Shown here in pieces: positions 18,957-27,739 of a stretch of 64,000 bases of DNA. The stretch is from Candidatus Latescibacterota bacterium. Its GTDB lineage: Bacteria > Latescibacterota > UBA2968 > UBA8231. How positions within the stretch are numbered: the stretch's first letter is position 1; each line of letters begins with the position of its first letter. Where the stretch lies: contig CBDETK010000013.1 in NCBI GenBank assembly GCA_965242865.1, positions 5,376,001 through 5,440,000 on the forward strand, read 5' to 3'. The notes beneath the pieces are model-generated. The model searched no databases and was not told the origin of the DNA. It was given only the letters and a program-made list of their open reading frames with translations. The translations under genes and the position numbers were made by a program.

Positions 18957-19711
18957 AGGCTATCCGCGAGTTGGACGAGCCCACTCCCGGCCTTGCCGAA
19001 TATGTCGATGCTGTAGGCGACGACGCGACTTGGAACGGATTCCGCGACCACAACGCTGGTGCATCCTACAACGAACTCATTGAAAGGTTGATCGATGTTC
19101 AGCGCGGATTGTGCGGCTACTGCGAGATTGATCTTATAGAGCTAGATCGCCAGATTGAGCACGTTATTCCGCGAAGCGATCCTCAGCAAGGAGCATCAAA
19201 AGAGGTGGACTTCACCAACATGATCGCTTGCTGCAAAGGCGGGACATCGCTCGTGTTTGCTCCCTCTGAAAAAAGCAGCGATGAAGCTCGGTATCGCGAT
19301 CCAGTAAAGGATAACAGGAGCTGTGGTCAGGCGAAGGGAAACCGCAGTGACGCGGACTTTTTAGATCCTCGGAATTTGCCCGCGCTACCGTCGCTTACAA
19401 AGGTGCTTGTTGATGGTCGGATCGAGGTAGATGAGGAAGCCTGCAAATCGGAAGGTATTCCCGTCGCTCGCGTGACCCGCACCATTGAGATCCTGAACCT
19501 CAACGCGGAACGGCTTAGGGCGGCGCGGGAGATGCACTGGAAGGCTCTCGAGGAAGAGGCGGACCAAATTTCGGATATTGATTCTTGGATGCGCTCCGTA
19601 CTGATGCCAGATGACGCCGACCGATTGGTCACCTTCTTCACGACAGCCCGGTCGTATTTCGGCCCACTCGCCGAGCGCGTCCTCGAACAACAACCGCAAG
19701 CGTGGATATGA
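18953..19711 (+). CDS. HNH endonuclease, PtuB/TIGR02646-like
   Basis: QRGLCGYCE, IEHVIPRS, NMIACC, CGQAKG, TIEILNLN; GTGA overlap with the ATPase gene. Confidence 0.85.
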   Translation: MKAIRELDEPTPGLAEYVDAVGDDATWNGFRDHNAGASYNELIERLIDVQRGLCGYCEIDLIELDRQIEHVIPRSDPQQGASKEVDFTNMIACCKGGTSLVFAPSEKSSDEARYRDPVKDNRSCGQAKGNRSDADFLDPRNLPALPSLTKVLVDGRIEVDEEACKSEGIPVARVTRTIEILNLNAERLRAAREMHWKALEEEADQISDIDSWMRSVLMPDDADRLVTFFTTARSYFGPLAERVLEQQPQAWI

Positions 19712-19799
19712 GGGATGTCTGGCCTTCGTCCAATTGAGCAATAGCTGTCGATTGTCGAGCCTAAGCATTACGTAAAAACAACGATAGAGCACTCCCATT

Positions 19800-19869
19800 G
19801 AGCCGAGTGCTCGTTTACGTGCTGCACACCGACGAGAAACTGGTGGCGCGGCAGCCGTGGAAGTTTTTG
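19800..19869 (+). repeat. Degenerate copy of the ackA 3' end (17537-17609)
   Basis: Translates SRVLVYVLHTDEKLVARQPWKFL vs AckA SRVQIHALRTDEELVVARQTWEFL. Confidence 0.8.
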
Positions 19870-19874
19870 AGCCT

Positions 19875-20340
19875 ATGAATACACCTACGATATTCGAGAC
19901 CTGTCACCCGAGAGCAGATGTGCTCCAAGGGGCCATCTCCGAGGCCGATTTTGCGGCGGATTTGGCCCAAGTCACCGTCGGGACCGGAAGCGCAGAGTAC
20001 GTTGATCCGGTGCGGTTTTTTGCCCACACCTATCCGACGCGGGGCTTGAAGAACTTACTCGCCAACGTCATGCGTCGGTTGAGTGGCCAGAGTGGAGACG
20101 CGGCGATCTTTCGTCTTGACACTTCCTACGGCGGCGGCAAGACCCACGGGTTGATCGCGCTAACGCATGCGGCCCGTAGTGCAAGGGATGTGGAGACAAT
20201 GGAGGAATTTGTCGATCCGGCGTTGTTGCCGCCAAAGCGCGTCCGCGTTTGATGCGGCAGAGAAACTCACCGAGCGTCTCGCCAAGTTCACGAGTGGGAT
20301 GGCTCATGTGTCCGCGACGCCGAAGGGTGAGCCCCAATGA
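19875..20340 (+). pseudogene. DUF499 ATPase with a large internal deletion
   Basis: N-terminus PRADVLQG...FAADL...FFAHTYPT.GL...LDTSYGGGKTH stops at 20252; a shifted frame gives DAAEKLTERLAKFTSGMAHVSAT, ending in an ATGA overlap with the next gene. Confidence 0.8.
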
Positions 20341-20831
20341 CGCGCTTGGAGAGGATTGCTCAGATCAAAACGCCGGCATCGGCGCCCCGGTACGAACTGC
20401 GGGTGTGTCGGCACGGGCTAGCCGATAGCGAATACGAAATTTGGCAGATGCCCGCGCCAGCCACGCCGCAGGTCACCTTGGCCCTGCGCGTTGCAGGGCT
20501 TAGAGGCCGCAACCTCGAACTAGTGGAGCACTGGGTGTTGAAGCGGCTCGTGCAATCCGGCCTCAAGCTCGACCACAGCGCAGGTACTGGGAAATGCGGC
20601 TACGCGCTCAGCGAAGACTTGGCCCTGACGTTAGGGCTACTGTTCCGTACGCTGGCTCCGATGCGCAGCCGCGCCAACATGCGGGCGGTGACCGAAGGCA
20701 TTGAGACGATGGGACGCGAGGAAGCCGCCTATTGGTTGGGCATGGCGCTGCATCGCAAACGCCCGCGGCGCGTACTGATGGCACTCCGCGTTCTCTTGAC
20801 GGAAGGGCGAACAGGGCGGATTATCTCGTGA
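20337..20831 (+). CDS. Conserved hypothetical protein of DUF499/DUF1156 loci
   Basis: LALTLGLLFRTLAPMR..EEAAYWLGMA..RRVL.ALRVLL; translationally coupled to the DUF499 remnant. Confidence 0.65.
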   Translation: MTRLERIAQIKTPASAPRYELRVCRHGLADSEYEIWQMPAPATPQVTLALRVAGLRGRNLELVEHWVLKRLVQSGLKLDHSAGTGKCGYALSEDLALTLGLLFRTLAPMRSRANMRAVTEGIETMGREEAAYWLGMALHRKRPRRVLMALRVLLTEGRTGRIIS

Positions 20832-20888
20832 ACTGGATTCGCAACGCTACTGCACACGACCCCGGCTAGGTCGGAGAGGACGGATGAC

Positions 20889-21590
20889 ATGAGAATCGAG
20901 CCGGAAATCAGCGGCGTGAGTGTCGTCTTGCTCGGGGATTTCAACCCGGCGATCTTCACACCTGCTTGGTTCGCGCTGCATGGTCTCCTGCCGGAGGATG
21001 TCGCAGACAATGCCGACTTGCAGGTTGCCCACCAGCAGGTGACAGAATTTGCCGCTGATTGGCTTCACTTGCAGGTCGCGGTTGATAGATTTTCCATCGA
21101 AACATTGCAGGCACCGCACATTCGCCTGCGAGACCTCGTCGTGCGGATCTTCAAAGAGCATCTGCACCATACGCCCCTCAGAGCGTTCGGAATCAACCGT
21201 CAGGTTCATTTTCGAGTAAAAAGTTCGGCTGAGCGGAATCGAATCGACAGGACGCTGGCACCGGTGGAACCGTGGGGAGCTTGGGGGCGGAACCTCGGCC
21301 TTGATGGCGAGTATAACGGGATGAGGTCGCTGACGATGTCGCAAGTCAACCCCGAGGGAAGGCCAACGGGCGGTCAAATCAACGTCACGGTGGAGCCATC
21401 CAACCAGATTCGCAATAGGCGAATCGGAGTGTATGTTAGGGTCAATGATCACTATGCCGGCGACAATGCCGAGTTGGAAACTGCCGAGCGTTTGATGCAA
21501 CTTTTCGAGAGCAGCTTCGATACGTCACTCGAGCGTAGTAATGGTATCATTGATCACATTATGTCCCTAGCCAAGCCAAAGGAGGAATAG
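20889..21590 (+). CDS. Hypothetical protein (TIGR04255-like N-terminus SVVLLGDFNPAIF)
   Basis: Long ORF with RBS, coupled to the next gene; family assignment tentative. Confidence 0.6.
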   Translation: MRIEPEISGVSVVLLGDFNPAIFTPAWFALHGLLPEDVADNADLQVAHQQVTEFAADWLHLQVAVDRFSIETLQAPHIRLRDLVVRIFKEHLHHTPLRAFGINRQVHFRVKSSAERNRIDRTLAPVEPWGAWGRNLGLDGEYNGMRSLTMSQVNPEGRPTGGQINVTVEPSNQIRNRRIGVYVRVNDHYAGDNAELETAERLMQLFESSFDTSLERSNGIIDHIMSLAKPKEE

Positions 21591-21593
21591 TTC

Positions 21594-22205
21594 ATGCTGC
21601 AGGTGGCTCAATCCACAGCGGCGCAACATGCCAATCCGCATGAAAGGCTCAGCGATTCCGGTGAGGATGCCGTGCGGGAGGATCCCCTCGTTCAGAATAC
21701 AGACCAAGCTATCGCCTTGGCGTTAGAGCAGAGAACAGGCTCGCCGATAACAGATATACACGACCAAGATACGAAAGAAGGGACCCTGCCGATATTTGCA
21801 GGTCGTGAACAGGACAGCAGTGTTCTCCCCCGGGTTTTGGACTTTCCGCAGCCGCGAGTACGCCGGTCACAGCCCGTGACTCTCCACGCCCTGCAAGAGT
21901 GGGAAGGCTATGTCGTGGAAATAGGCGAAGACGAGTTTGTGGCGAACTTGGTCGATTTGACCGCTGGCATGTCTTATGCAACTGACGAGGCCACCATCCC
22001 GATGGAGGAAATCTCGGAGCATGATGCCGAAAAGATGAGCGAGGGCGACATTTTTCGCTGGGTGATTGGGTACGAACGTTCGGCATCTGGAACGAAACAG
22101 CGCGTCTCTCGGATCGTGTTTCGCGATCTGCCTAGGATGACCGCTGCCGACTTCGAGGAAGGCCGGAAGTGGGCGGAGAAAATCGCGCGATCGCTCAATC
22201 CGTGA
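21594..22205 (+). CDS. Hypothetical protein: disordered N-terminus plus beta-rich C-domain (LQEWEGYVVEI)
   Basis: AAGGAGG RBS inside the upstream gene end; stop overlaps the next start. Confidence 0.65.
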   Translation: MLQVAQSTAAQHANPHERLSDSGEDAVREDPLVQNTDQAIALALEQRTGSPITDIHDQDTKEGTLPIFAGREQDSSVLPRVLDFPQPRVRRSQPVTLHALQEWEGYVVEIGEDEFVANLVDLTAGMSYATDEATIPMEEISEHDAEKMSEGDIFRWVIGYERSASGTKQRVSRIVFRDLPRMTAADFEEGRKWAEKIARSLNP

Positions 22206-23269
22206 CGAGGGCGGAGGGGCCGCCGGGGGATGGCGAGTTTGAGATCACGGTTTTCGGTCCCGGTTATGGAGAAAGCATCGTCCTACATATCGGCAACGGA
22301 GCTTGGGTCCTCATTGACTCCTGCGTTGATGCGAATGGACATCCTCATGCCCTGCGATACTTGAAGAGTATCGGCATTGACCCAGCCTCGACCGTCAGGC
22401 TGATCGTGGCGACTCATTGGCACGACGATCATATCCGCGGGTTGGCGCAGATGGTTGGAACATGTCCCGCAGCCACCTTTTGCTGCGCGGCCGCCCTATG
22501 CAGAAAGGAATTTCTTGCCTTGGTCCAAGCTATCCAAGGCCGTCATCTCTCCGCTGTCGGTTCCGGGTTGCGCGAGATTCACGCGGTGTTTTCGCAGCTT
22601 GACAGCACGGGGAAGAAACCGATACATGCGATCGCCAACCGCGTTGTATTTCAGCGGGAGCCTTGCCGTATCTGGTCGCTTTCGCCCGGCGACGATGTCT
22701 TCCAGCGTTTTCTAGGGGCTGTCGAAGAGACAATCCCCGGACAAGGCAATAACAAGAGACGCATTAAAAGCCTCTCTCCCAACGAAGCCGCCGTTGCACT
22801 CTGGGTTGATGTCGAAGATTTCGCCCTGCTTCTCGGCGCAGACCTCGATAGACGCGGCTGGGTGACCGTTGTGTATGATTCGGAACGCCCGGCAGGCAGG
22901 GCGTCAGTGTTCAAAGTCCCGCATCACGGCTCACAGGACGCTGATGAATCCGCCGTGTGGCAACGAATGCTGGAAACCAATCCTGTTGCCATCCTCACAC
23001 CATGGCGGCGAGGTGGTCGCTCCCTGCCGACTCCTAGCGATGTAAATCGCATTCTCAAGGCCACGCGGAACAGTTACGTTACCAGCGCCGGTTCGATCTC
23101 GCCACACTACAAGGTGGTTGACCGAACTCTGCGGCAATCGGGCGCACACCTTCGACGGCAGACTCCCCATGCCGGAGCGGTTCGTTTACGGCGTCCTCTG
23201 GGGTCAGGCCGGCAATGGACGGTCGACACACTGGGGGACGCCTGCCATCTCGCGGATTATGCGGCCTGA
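22202..23269 (+). CDS. Metallo-beta-lactamase-fold hydrolase (ComEC/Rec2-like, probable nuclease)
   Basis: GPGYGESI, LIDSC, HWHDDH (HxHxDH), GAD, KVPHHGS. Confidence 0.85.
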   Translation: MTRAEGPPGDGEFEITVFGPGYGESIVLHIGNGAWVLIDSCVDANGHPHALRYLKSIGIDPASTVRLIVATHWHDDHIRGLAQMVGTCPAATFCCAAALCRKEFLALVQAIQGRHLSAVGSGLREIHAVFSQLDSTGKKPIHAIANRVVFQREPCRIWSLSPGDDVFQRFLGAVEETIPGQGNNKRRIKSLSPNEAAVALWVDVEDFALLLGADLDRRGWVTVVYDSERPAGRASVFKVPHHGSQDADESAVWQRMLETNPVAILTPWRRGGRSLPTPSDVNRILKATRNSYVTSAGSISPHYKVVDRTLRQSGAHLRRQTPHAGAVRLRRPLGSGRQWTVDTLGDACHLADYAA

Positions 23270-23276
23270 AGCGGCG

Positions 23277-23393
23277 ATGACTGACACCCGCCTCATACCG
23301 ATTGCCGAACTTGGCGAGGAGAGTACGCACGAGCAGTGCTCCATGACGACACTTCCGCTCGACGCCGATTCCGCGGCGGGGTGCCGACGCTGA
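23277..23393 (+). pseudogene. N-terminal remnant of a DUF1156 adenine methyltransferase
   Basis: MTDTRLIPIAELGEESTHEQCSMTTLP resembles, from memory, DUF1156 N-termini (..RLIE..LPIA.LGEES.RE.SMT.LPP). Confidence 0.55.
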
Positions 23394-23460
23394 TGCCGAG
23401 GGGCTCAGCTCTTTTACAAACAACGCTTACAGCAGGTAATACCTGTGGAGGATAAACCCC

Positions 23461-24177
23461 ATGTTCGGAACCATTCGCAATCCGTCCGGCGAAGCGCTGG
23501 ACTACACTTTTCACGCCGGCGCACAGAGCGAGCGGCGCATCGCGGTCTTGGGGCACGGGGTGACCGGCAACAAGGACCGGCCGTTTGTCGTAGCCCTGGC
23601 CGAGGGATTGGCGGCCGCGGGCATTCACGCGCTGCGCTTTTCCTTTGCCGGCAACGGCGCGTCCGAGGGCCGCTTTGCCGACGCGACCATTTCCAAAGAG
23701 GTCGCCGACCTCGGCGCGGTTCTCAGCGTCTTGGACGGCTACTCGGTCTGCTATGTCGGCCACAGCATGGGGGGCGCGGTCGGCGTCTTGAGCCGCGACG
23801 AGCGCATCGACCGGCTCGTCTCCTTGGCGGGCATGGTGCATACGCGCGCCTTTGCCGAGCGCGAGTTCGGCGCGGAAGTGCCCGATGAGGGCTGCATGTG
23901 GGACGACCCCGATTGCCCGCTCTCGCAGGCTTACATGGACGACATGGCTCAGATCGACACCGTGGTTGGGCGCGGGGCCGAAATCGCCGTGCCGTGGCTG
24001 CTGATCCACGGCAGCGAGGACGACGTGGTGCCGATGGCCGACGCGCACGACATCGTCGCCCGAGCCGGTGGCAACGCCGAACTCGTCGTCATCGACGGGG
24101 CGGACCACGTCTTTAGCGAGCATGTGCAGGTAATGGTCGAAAGGGTCGTTGGCTGGCTGCGAGGGCCGTGGGCCTGA
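23461..24177 (+). CDS. Alpha/beta hydrolase
   Basis: GHG, GHSMGG nucleophile elbow, HGSEDDVVP, GADH. Confidence 0.9.
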   Translation: MFGTIRNPSGEALDYTFHAGAQSERRIAVLGHGVTGNKDRPFVVALAEGLAAAGIHALRFSFAGNGASEGRFADATISKEVADLGAVLSVLDGYSVCYVGHSMGGAVGVLSRDERIDRLVSLAGMVHTRAFAEREFGAEVPDEGCMWDDPDCPLSQAYMDDMAQIDTVVGRGAEIAVPWLLIHGSEDDVVPMADAHDIVARAGGNAELVVIDGADHVFSEHVQVMVERVVGWLRGPWA

Positions 24178-24270
24178 GCCGCGCCGCTTGTCTATCAGAG
24201 ATCGCGCTCAACTCCTATCTTTAAGCACCCGGCAATCCGGCCGGCCGCGTGCGATTTGCCCAACGAAGCC

Positions 24271-27135
24271 ATGCAAAAGAAAACTCCGAGTCGCCTCAGT
24301 GCTCGCCAGCAACGGGCCTTGCTGGTGGTGGTGGCCTTGGGCGTCTTTATGGTCGCCGATACGCTCTATTTGCTGACCAATCGGCTGGCCGACGCCCTCG
24401 ATTTTGCCTATTTCGCGGTCACCGCCATCTCGCTGCCCAAGTTTTACCAAGGCATGGTGCTGTCGCATACGGCCGTCGGGCTGGTGCTGGTGGTGGTGGC
24501 ACTGGGCTTTGTGGCTTGGCATTTACCGGCCGTTTGGCGCAAGAGCCGCAAGCGGGCCATCTACACGGGCATCGCCACCCTGACGCTGGGCGTCGTACTG
24601 GCCGTCAGCGGGCTGTTCATCCTCAGCGCGGCGAGCAACCGCGGCAACCCGGTGGCCTATTGGAGCCACGTGGTCGCGGCGGTTTTAGTCCCCCTCTTTT
24701 ACTTGGCGCACCGCCGCCTCTCCCTGTGGAAGCCGGCCGCGCGGACTTATCGCGTCGTGCCGGCCGCGGTGGTCGGGCTGCTCGCGCTCGCCGTGGTGCT
24801 CCACGGGTTGACCTATCGCGGCGAGCAGTACACGCCGGCGGCCGAGCAGGCTTTTGCCGCGGGCAAACACACCGGCCCGGGCGCCAAGGCGCGGCAGGTG
24901 GCCGACTACGCGCCAGCCGGCTTTATCCCCGCCAATTTCGTCCCGGCCGAAAGCCCCTTTTTCCCGGCCGCGACGACGACCACCACCGGCGACTTCTTGC
25001 CCTCGCGGATCATCACGCGCGGCGACCTTGCTCAGCCGGAGCAACTCGCCGGCGACCTCGACGACTATGGCTTTGTGGTCAACGCGCCCATTGGCTCGGA
25101 GACGTGCGCTCGCTGTCACGCGGCCATCGTCGAACAGTGGGCGACGTCCGCGCACCGCTTTGCCTCGTTCAACAACCCCTTCTACGAGGCCACGATCAAC
25201 CACTTGCGCCGCAACTCGACCGACAGCAATGCCGAGGTCGCGGCCCATATCGCCTATTACAAGGGCTTGGCGGGCGAGGAGGGCAAAGTCAAGTCCAAGT
25301 GGTGTTCGGGTTGCCACGATCCAGCGTTGATGCTGGCGGGCAAAATGACCGAAGAAATCGACCGCGCCTCCCCCCAAGCCCAAGCTGGCCTGACCTGCCT
25401 AAGCTGCCACGCCATCGACGCCATTCACGACCGGACCGGCAACGGCAACTACAACATCGCCGACGAGCAGGAAGATCCCTATCTGTTCGCCGAGGCCAAA
25501 GAAGGCGCGGGCCGTTTCTTGCACGACACCGCCCTGAAGGCGCGGCCCATCGTCCACAAGAAGCAGATGCTCAAGCCCTTCTTCCGCACCTCTGAGTTTT
25601 GCGCCACCTGCCACAAGGTCAGCCTCGACGCGCGCGTCAATGGCTACCGCTGGCTGCGCGGCCAAAACGAATACGACAACTGGCACGACAGCGGCGTGGC
25701 GCTCAACGCTTCAAGAACCTTCTACCTGCCGGCGGTCGAGCGAGTCTGCCAAGACTGCCACATGCCGCTGGAGGAAGCGGGCGCCGGCGACGTGTCGGCG
25801 CGGGATGGGTACGTCAAGTCGCACCGCTTTTTGGCGGTCAATACGGCCCTGCCTTACCTCCGCGGCGACCGGGAAACCATCGCGCGGATCGAGGAATTTC
25901 TGCAAGACGAAAAACTCAGCGTCGATGTGTTCGCGCTGCACCGCCAAGGCGCGGCGCACTACGCGCTGGACAAGAGCCAGCCCGCGTTGGTGCCCGGGGG
26001 TGAGTACGCATTCGACGTGGTGGTGCGCAACAAGGGCGTCGGGCACACCTTCCCGGGCGGGACCAACGATTCCAACGAGGGCTGGCTAGAGGTCTCGGTG
26101 GTGGGAGACGATGGCGCGGTGATCGCGTTGAGCGGGGCGGTGCAAGACGACGGGCACGTCGATCCAGCCGCGCACTTTTACAAGGCACTGATGGTCGATG
26201 CCAGCGGACGAGCCATTCACCGGCGCAACGCTCAAGACATTGTCACGGCCGTGTACGTCCGCACCATTGGCCCGGGCGCGGCCGATGTGGCCCACTACAG
26301 TTTTCGGGTGCCGGCCGACTACGCCGGACGCAAGCTGACGCTGCGAGCGCGGCTGTTGTGGCGCAAGTTCGACCGGGCTTATACGGAATTTGCCTTCAAC
26401 AGCAACCGCGCCGGGTTCGGCCGCTTCGACCAAGTGCCGGACTTGCCGGTAACCGAGATCGCCCGCAGCGAGGTGGAGCTGGCGGTGGGGGGGGCGTCCG
26501 CGCCCGGGGCGGCTGTTGCGGCGGACTGGACGCGCTTCAACGACTATGGCATTGGCTTGCTGCTCCAAGACGACACCCAAGGTGCGGCGCGAGCCTTTGC
26601 CACGGTGGAACAGCTCGCGCCCGAGCGGTTGGATGGCTGCCGCAACTTGGCGAGGGTTGCCGTGCGCGATGGCCACTTGGAGCGAGCCTACGAGCATTTG
26701 CAGGACTGCGAGGCGTTGGCGAGCGGCGACGGGCAGACGGCTTGGGTCTGGGGCGTGGTGTTGCAAGAGGACGGCCGCTACGAAGCCGCGGCGCAGGCGT
26801 ATCGCCGGGTGTTGCGCGACTTTCCCGCGGATCGGGCGGCGTGGCGCAACTTGGGCCGGGTGCTCTATCTCGATGGCCGCTACGAGGAGGCTTTGGAGGC
26901 GCTCAACCGCGTGCTGGCCATTGACCCGGAAGACCGCGTCGCGCACTACCACCAGATGCTTTCGCTGCGCGCCCTCGGCCGCGAGGACGAGGCCCTCGTG
27001 GCCGAGCAGGCGTACCAGTACTACCAGATCGACGAGTCAGCGCAAGAACTGACGCGCCGCTACCGGCTAGCACACCCACACGACAACCGCGAGGCCCTCA
27101 AAATCCACGTTCATCCGCTGGGGGAAGGGGGTTAG
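24271..27135 (+). CDS. Membrane-anchored multiheme (5 CxxCH) cytochrome c with C-terminal TPR repeats
   Basis: About 5 N-terminal TM segments; CARCH, CSGCH, CLSCH, CATCH, CQDCH; GHTFPGG; TPR helices. Confidence 0.88.
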   Translation: MQKKTPSRLSARQQRALLVVVALGVFMVADTLYLLTNRLADALDFAYFAVTAISLPKFYQGMVLSHTAVGLVLVVVALGFVAWHLPAVWRKSRKRAIYTGIATLTLGVVLAVSGLFILSAASNRGNPVAYWSHVVAAVLVPLFYLAHRRLSLWKPAARTYRVVPAAVVGLLALAVVLHGLTYRGEQYTPAAEQAFAAGKHTGPGAKARQVADYAPAGFIPANFVPAESPFFPAATTTTTGDFLPSRIITRGDLAQPEQLAGDLDDYGFVVNAPIGSETCARCHAAIVEQWATSAHRFASFNNPFYEATINHLRRNSTDSNAEVAAHIAYYKGLAGEEGKVKSKWCSGCHDPALMLAGKMTEEIDRASPQAQAGLTCLSCHAIDAIHDRTGNGNYNIADEQEDPYLFAEAKEGAGRFLHDTALKARPIVHKKQMLKPFFRTSEFCATCHKVSLDARVNGYRWLRGQNEYDNWHDSGVALNASRTFYLPAVERVCQDCHMPLEEAGAGDVSARDGYVKSHRFLAVNTALPYLRGDRETIARIEEFLQDEKLSVDVFALHRQGAAHYALDKSQPALVPGGEYAFDVVVRNKGVGHTFPGGTNDSNEGWLEVSVVGDDGAVIALSGAVQDDGHVDPAAHFYKALMVDASGRAIHRRNAQDIVTAVYVRTIGPGAADVAHYSFRVPADYAGRKLTLRARLLWRKFDRAYTEFAFNSNRAGFGRFDQVPDLPVTEIARSEVELAVGGASAPGAAVAADWTRFNDYGIGLLLQDDTQGAARAFATVEQLAPERLDGCRNLARVAVRDGHLERAYEHLQDCEALASGDGQTAWVWGVVLQEDGRYEAAAQAYRRVLRDFPADRAAWRNLGRVLYLDGRYEEALEALNRVLAIDPEDRVAHYHQMLSLRALGREDEALVAEQAYQYYQIDESAQELTRRYRLAHPHDNREALKIHVHPLGEGG

Positions 27136-27143
27136 GCACGGGC

Positions 27144-27461
27144 TTACGAGGGCCAAAACCGCAAGACGATATTGAGTAGTGCTAAACCGGAAGTCATCAC
27201 TACAACCAGAATTTTGACGCTGCCCTTGAGCTCGGCCATCTCGGCCTGCAATCGCGCCATATCGTCCTTGAGGCCGCTCTCAACGTGCGCAATATCATCC
27301 TTGAGGCCGCTCTCAACGCGCGTAATCTCGGCCTGTAATCGCGCCATATCATCCTTTAAGACCGCTCTCAACTCAGCAAGGTCTGCTTTGGACGCGAGGT
27401 GATCGTACACGCCTTCGAGCCGAGCTAGACGCTCTTCAATCGTTGGGGGCACAGTAGCCAT
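27144..27461 (-). CDS. Small coiled-coil protein with C-terminal TM anchor (DUF1640-like), copy 1
   Basis: HLASKADL, 11-residue repeats (xxVESGLKDD), hydrophobic tail. Confidence 0.75.
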   Translation of the reverse strand: MATVPPTIEERLARLEGVYDHLASKADLAELRAVLKDDMARLQAEITRVESGLKDDIAHVESGLKDDMARLQAEMAELKGSVKILVVVMTSGLALLNIVLRFWPS

Positions 27462-27739
27462 CGTCGGTGCTCTCCTTTCGTTTGGGTTGGGGTGTACTTA
27501 TGAACATACAGGACGAGACTGAGCGGCGTCAATGAAAAATCTAGCGCAGTTTTAGAACCATCCAAAGGCAATAGTGAGAGGCGGGAAATTGAAGAGTCCA
27601 CCATCGTCAGGGAAATCAGACGGTATGGTAGCTTTTGGCCTCGGTTCTGCGTAAACTTAGTTGGAGGCTTGGCGAGTGCGGTCCTATTTACAGGATTCCT
27701 CGTGCTTTTAGATCAAAGCTCTAGATAGAAGAAAGTGGC

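Noticed and set aside
20250-20252. Sec at the DUF499 UGA
   Set aside because: The continuation is in another frame; it is explained by a deletion junction
24175-24270. Sec read-through from the alpha/beta hydrolase UGA into the cytochrome gene (same frame, no stop)
   Set aside because: The hydrolase is already complete, no SECIS-like hairpin follows, and the spacer looks like a promoter; probably chance
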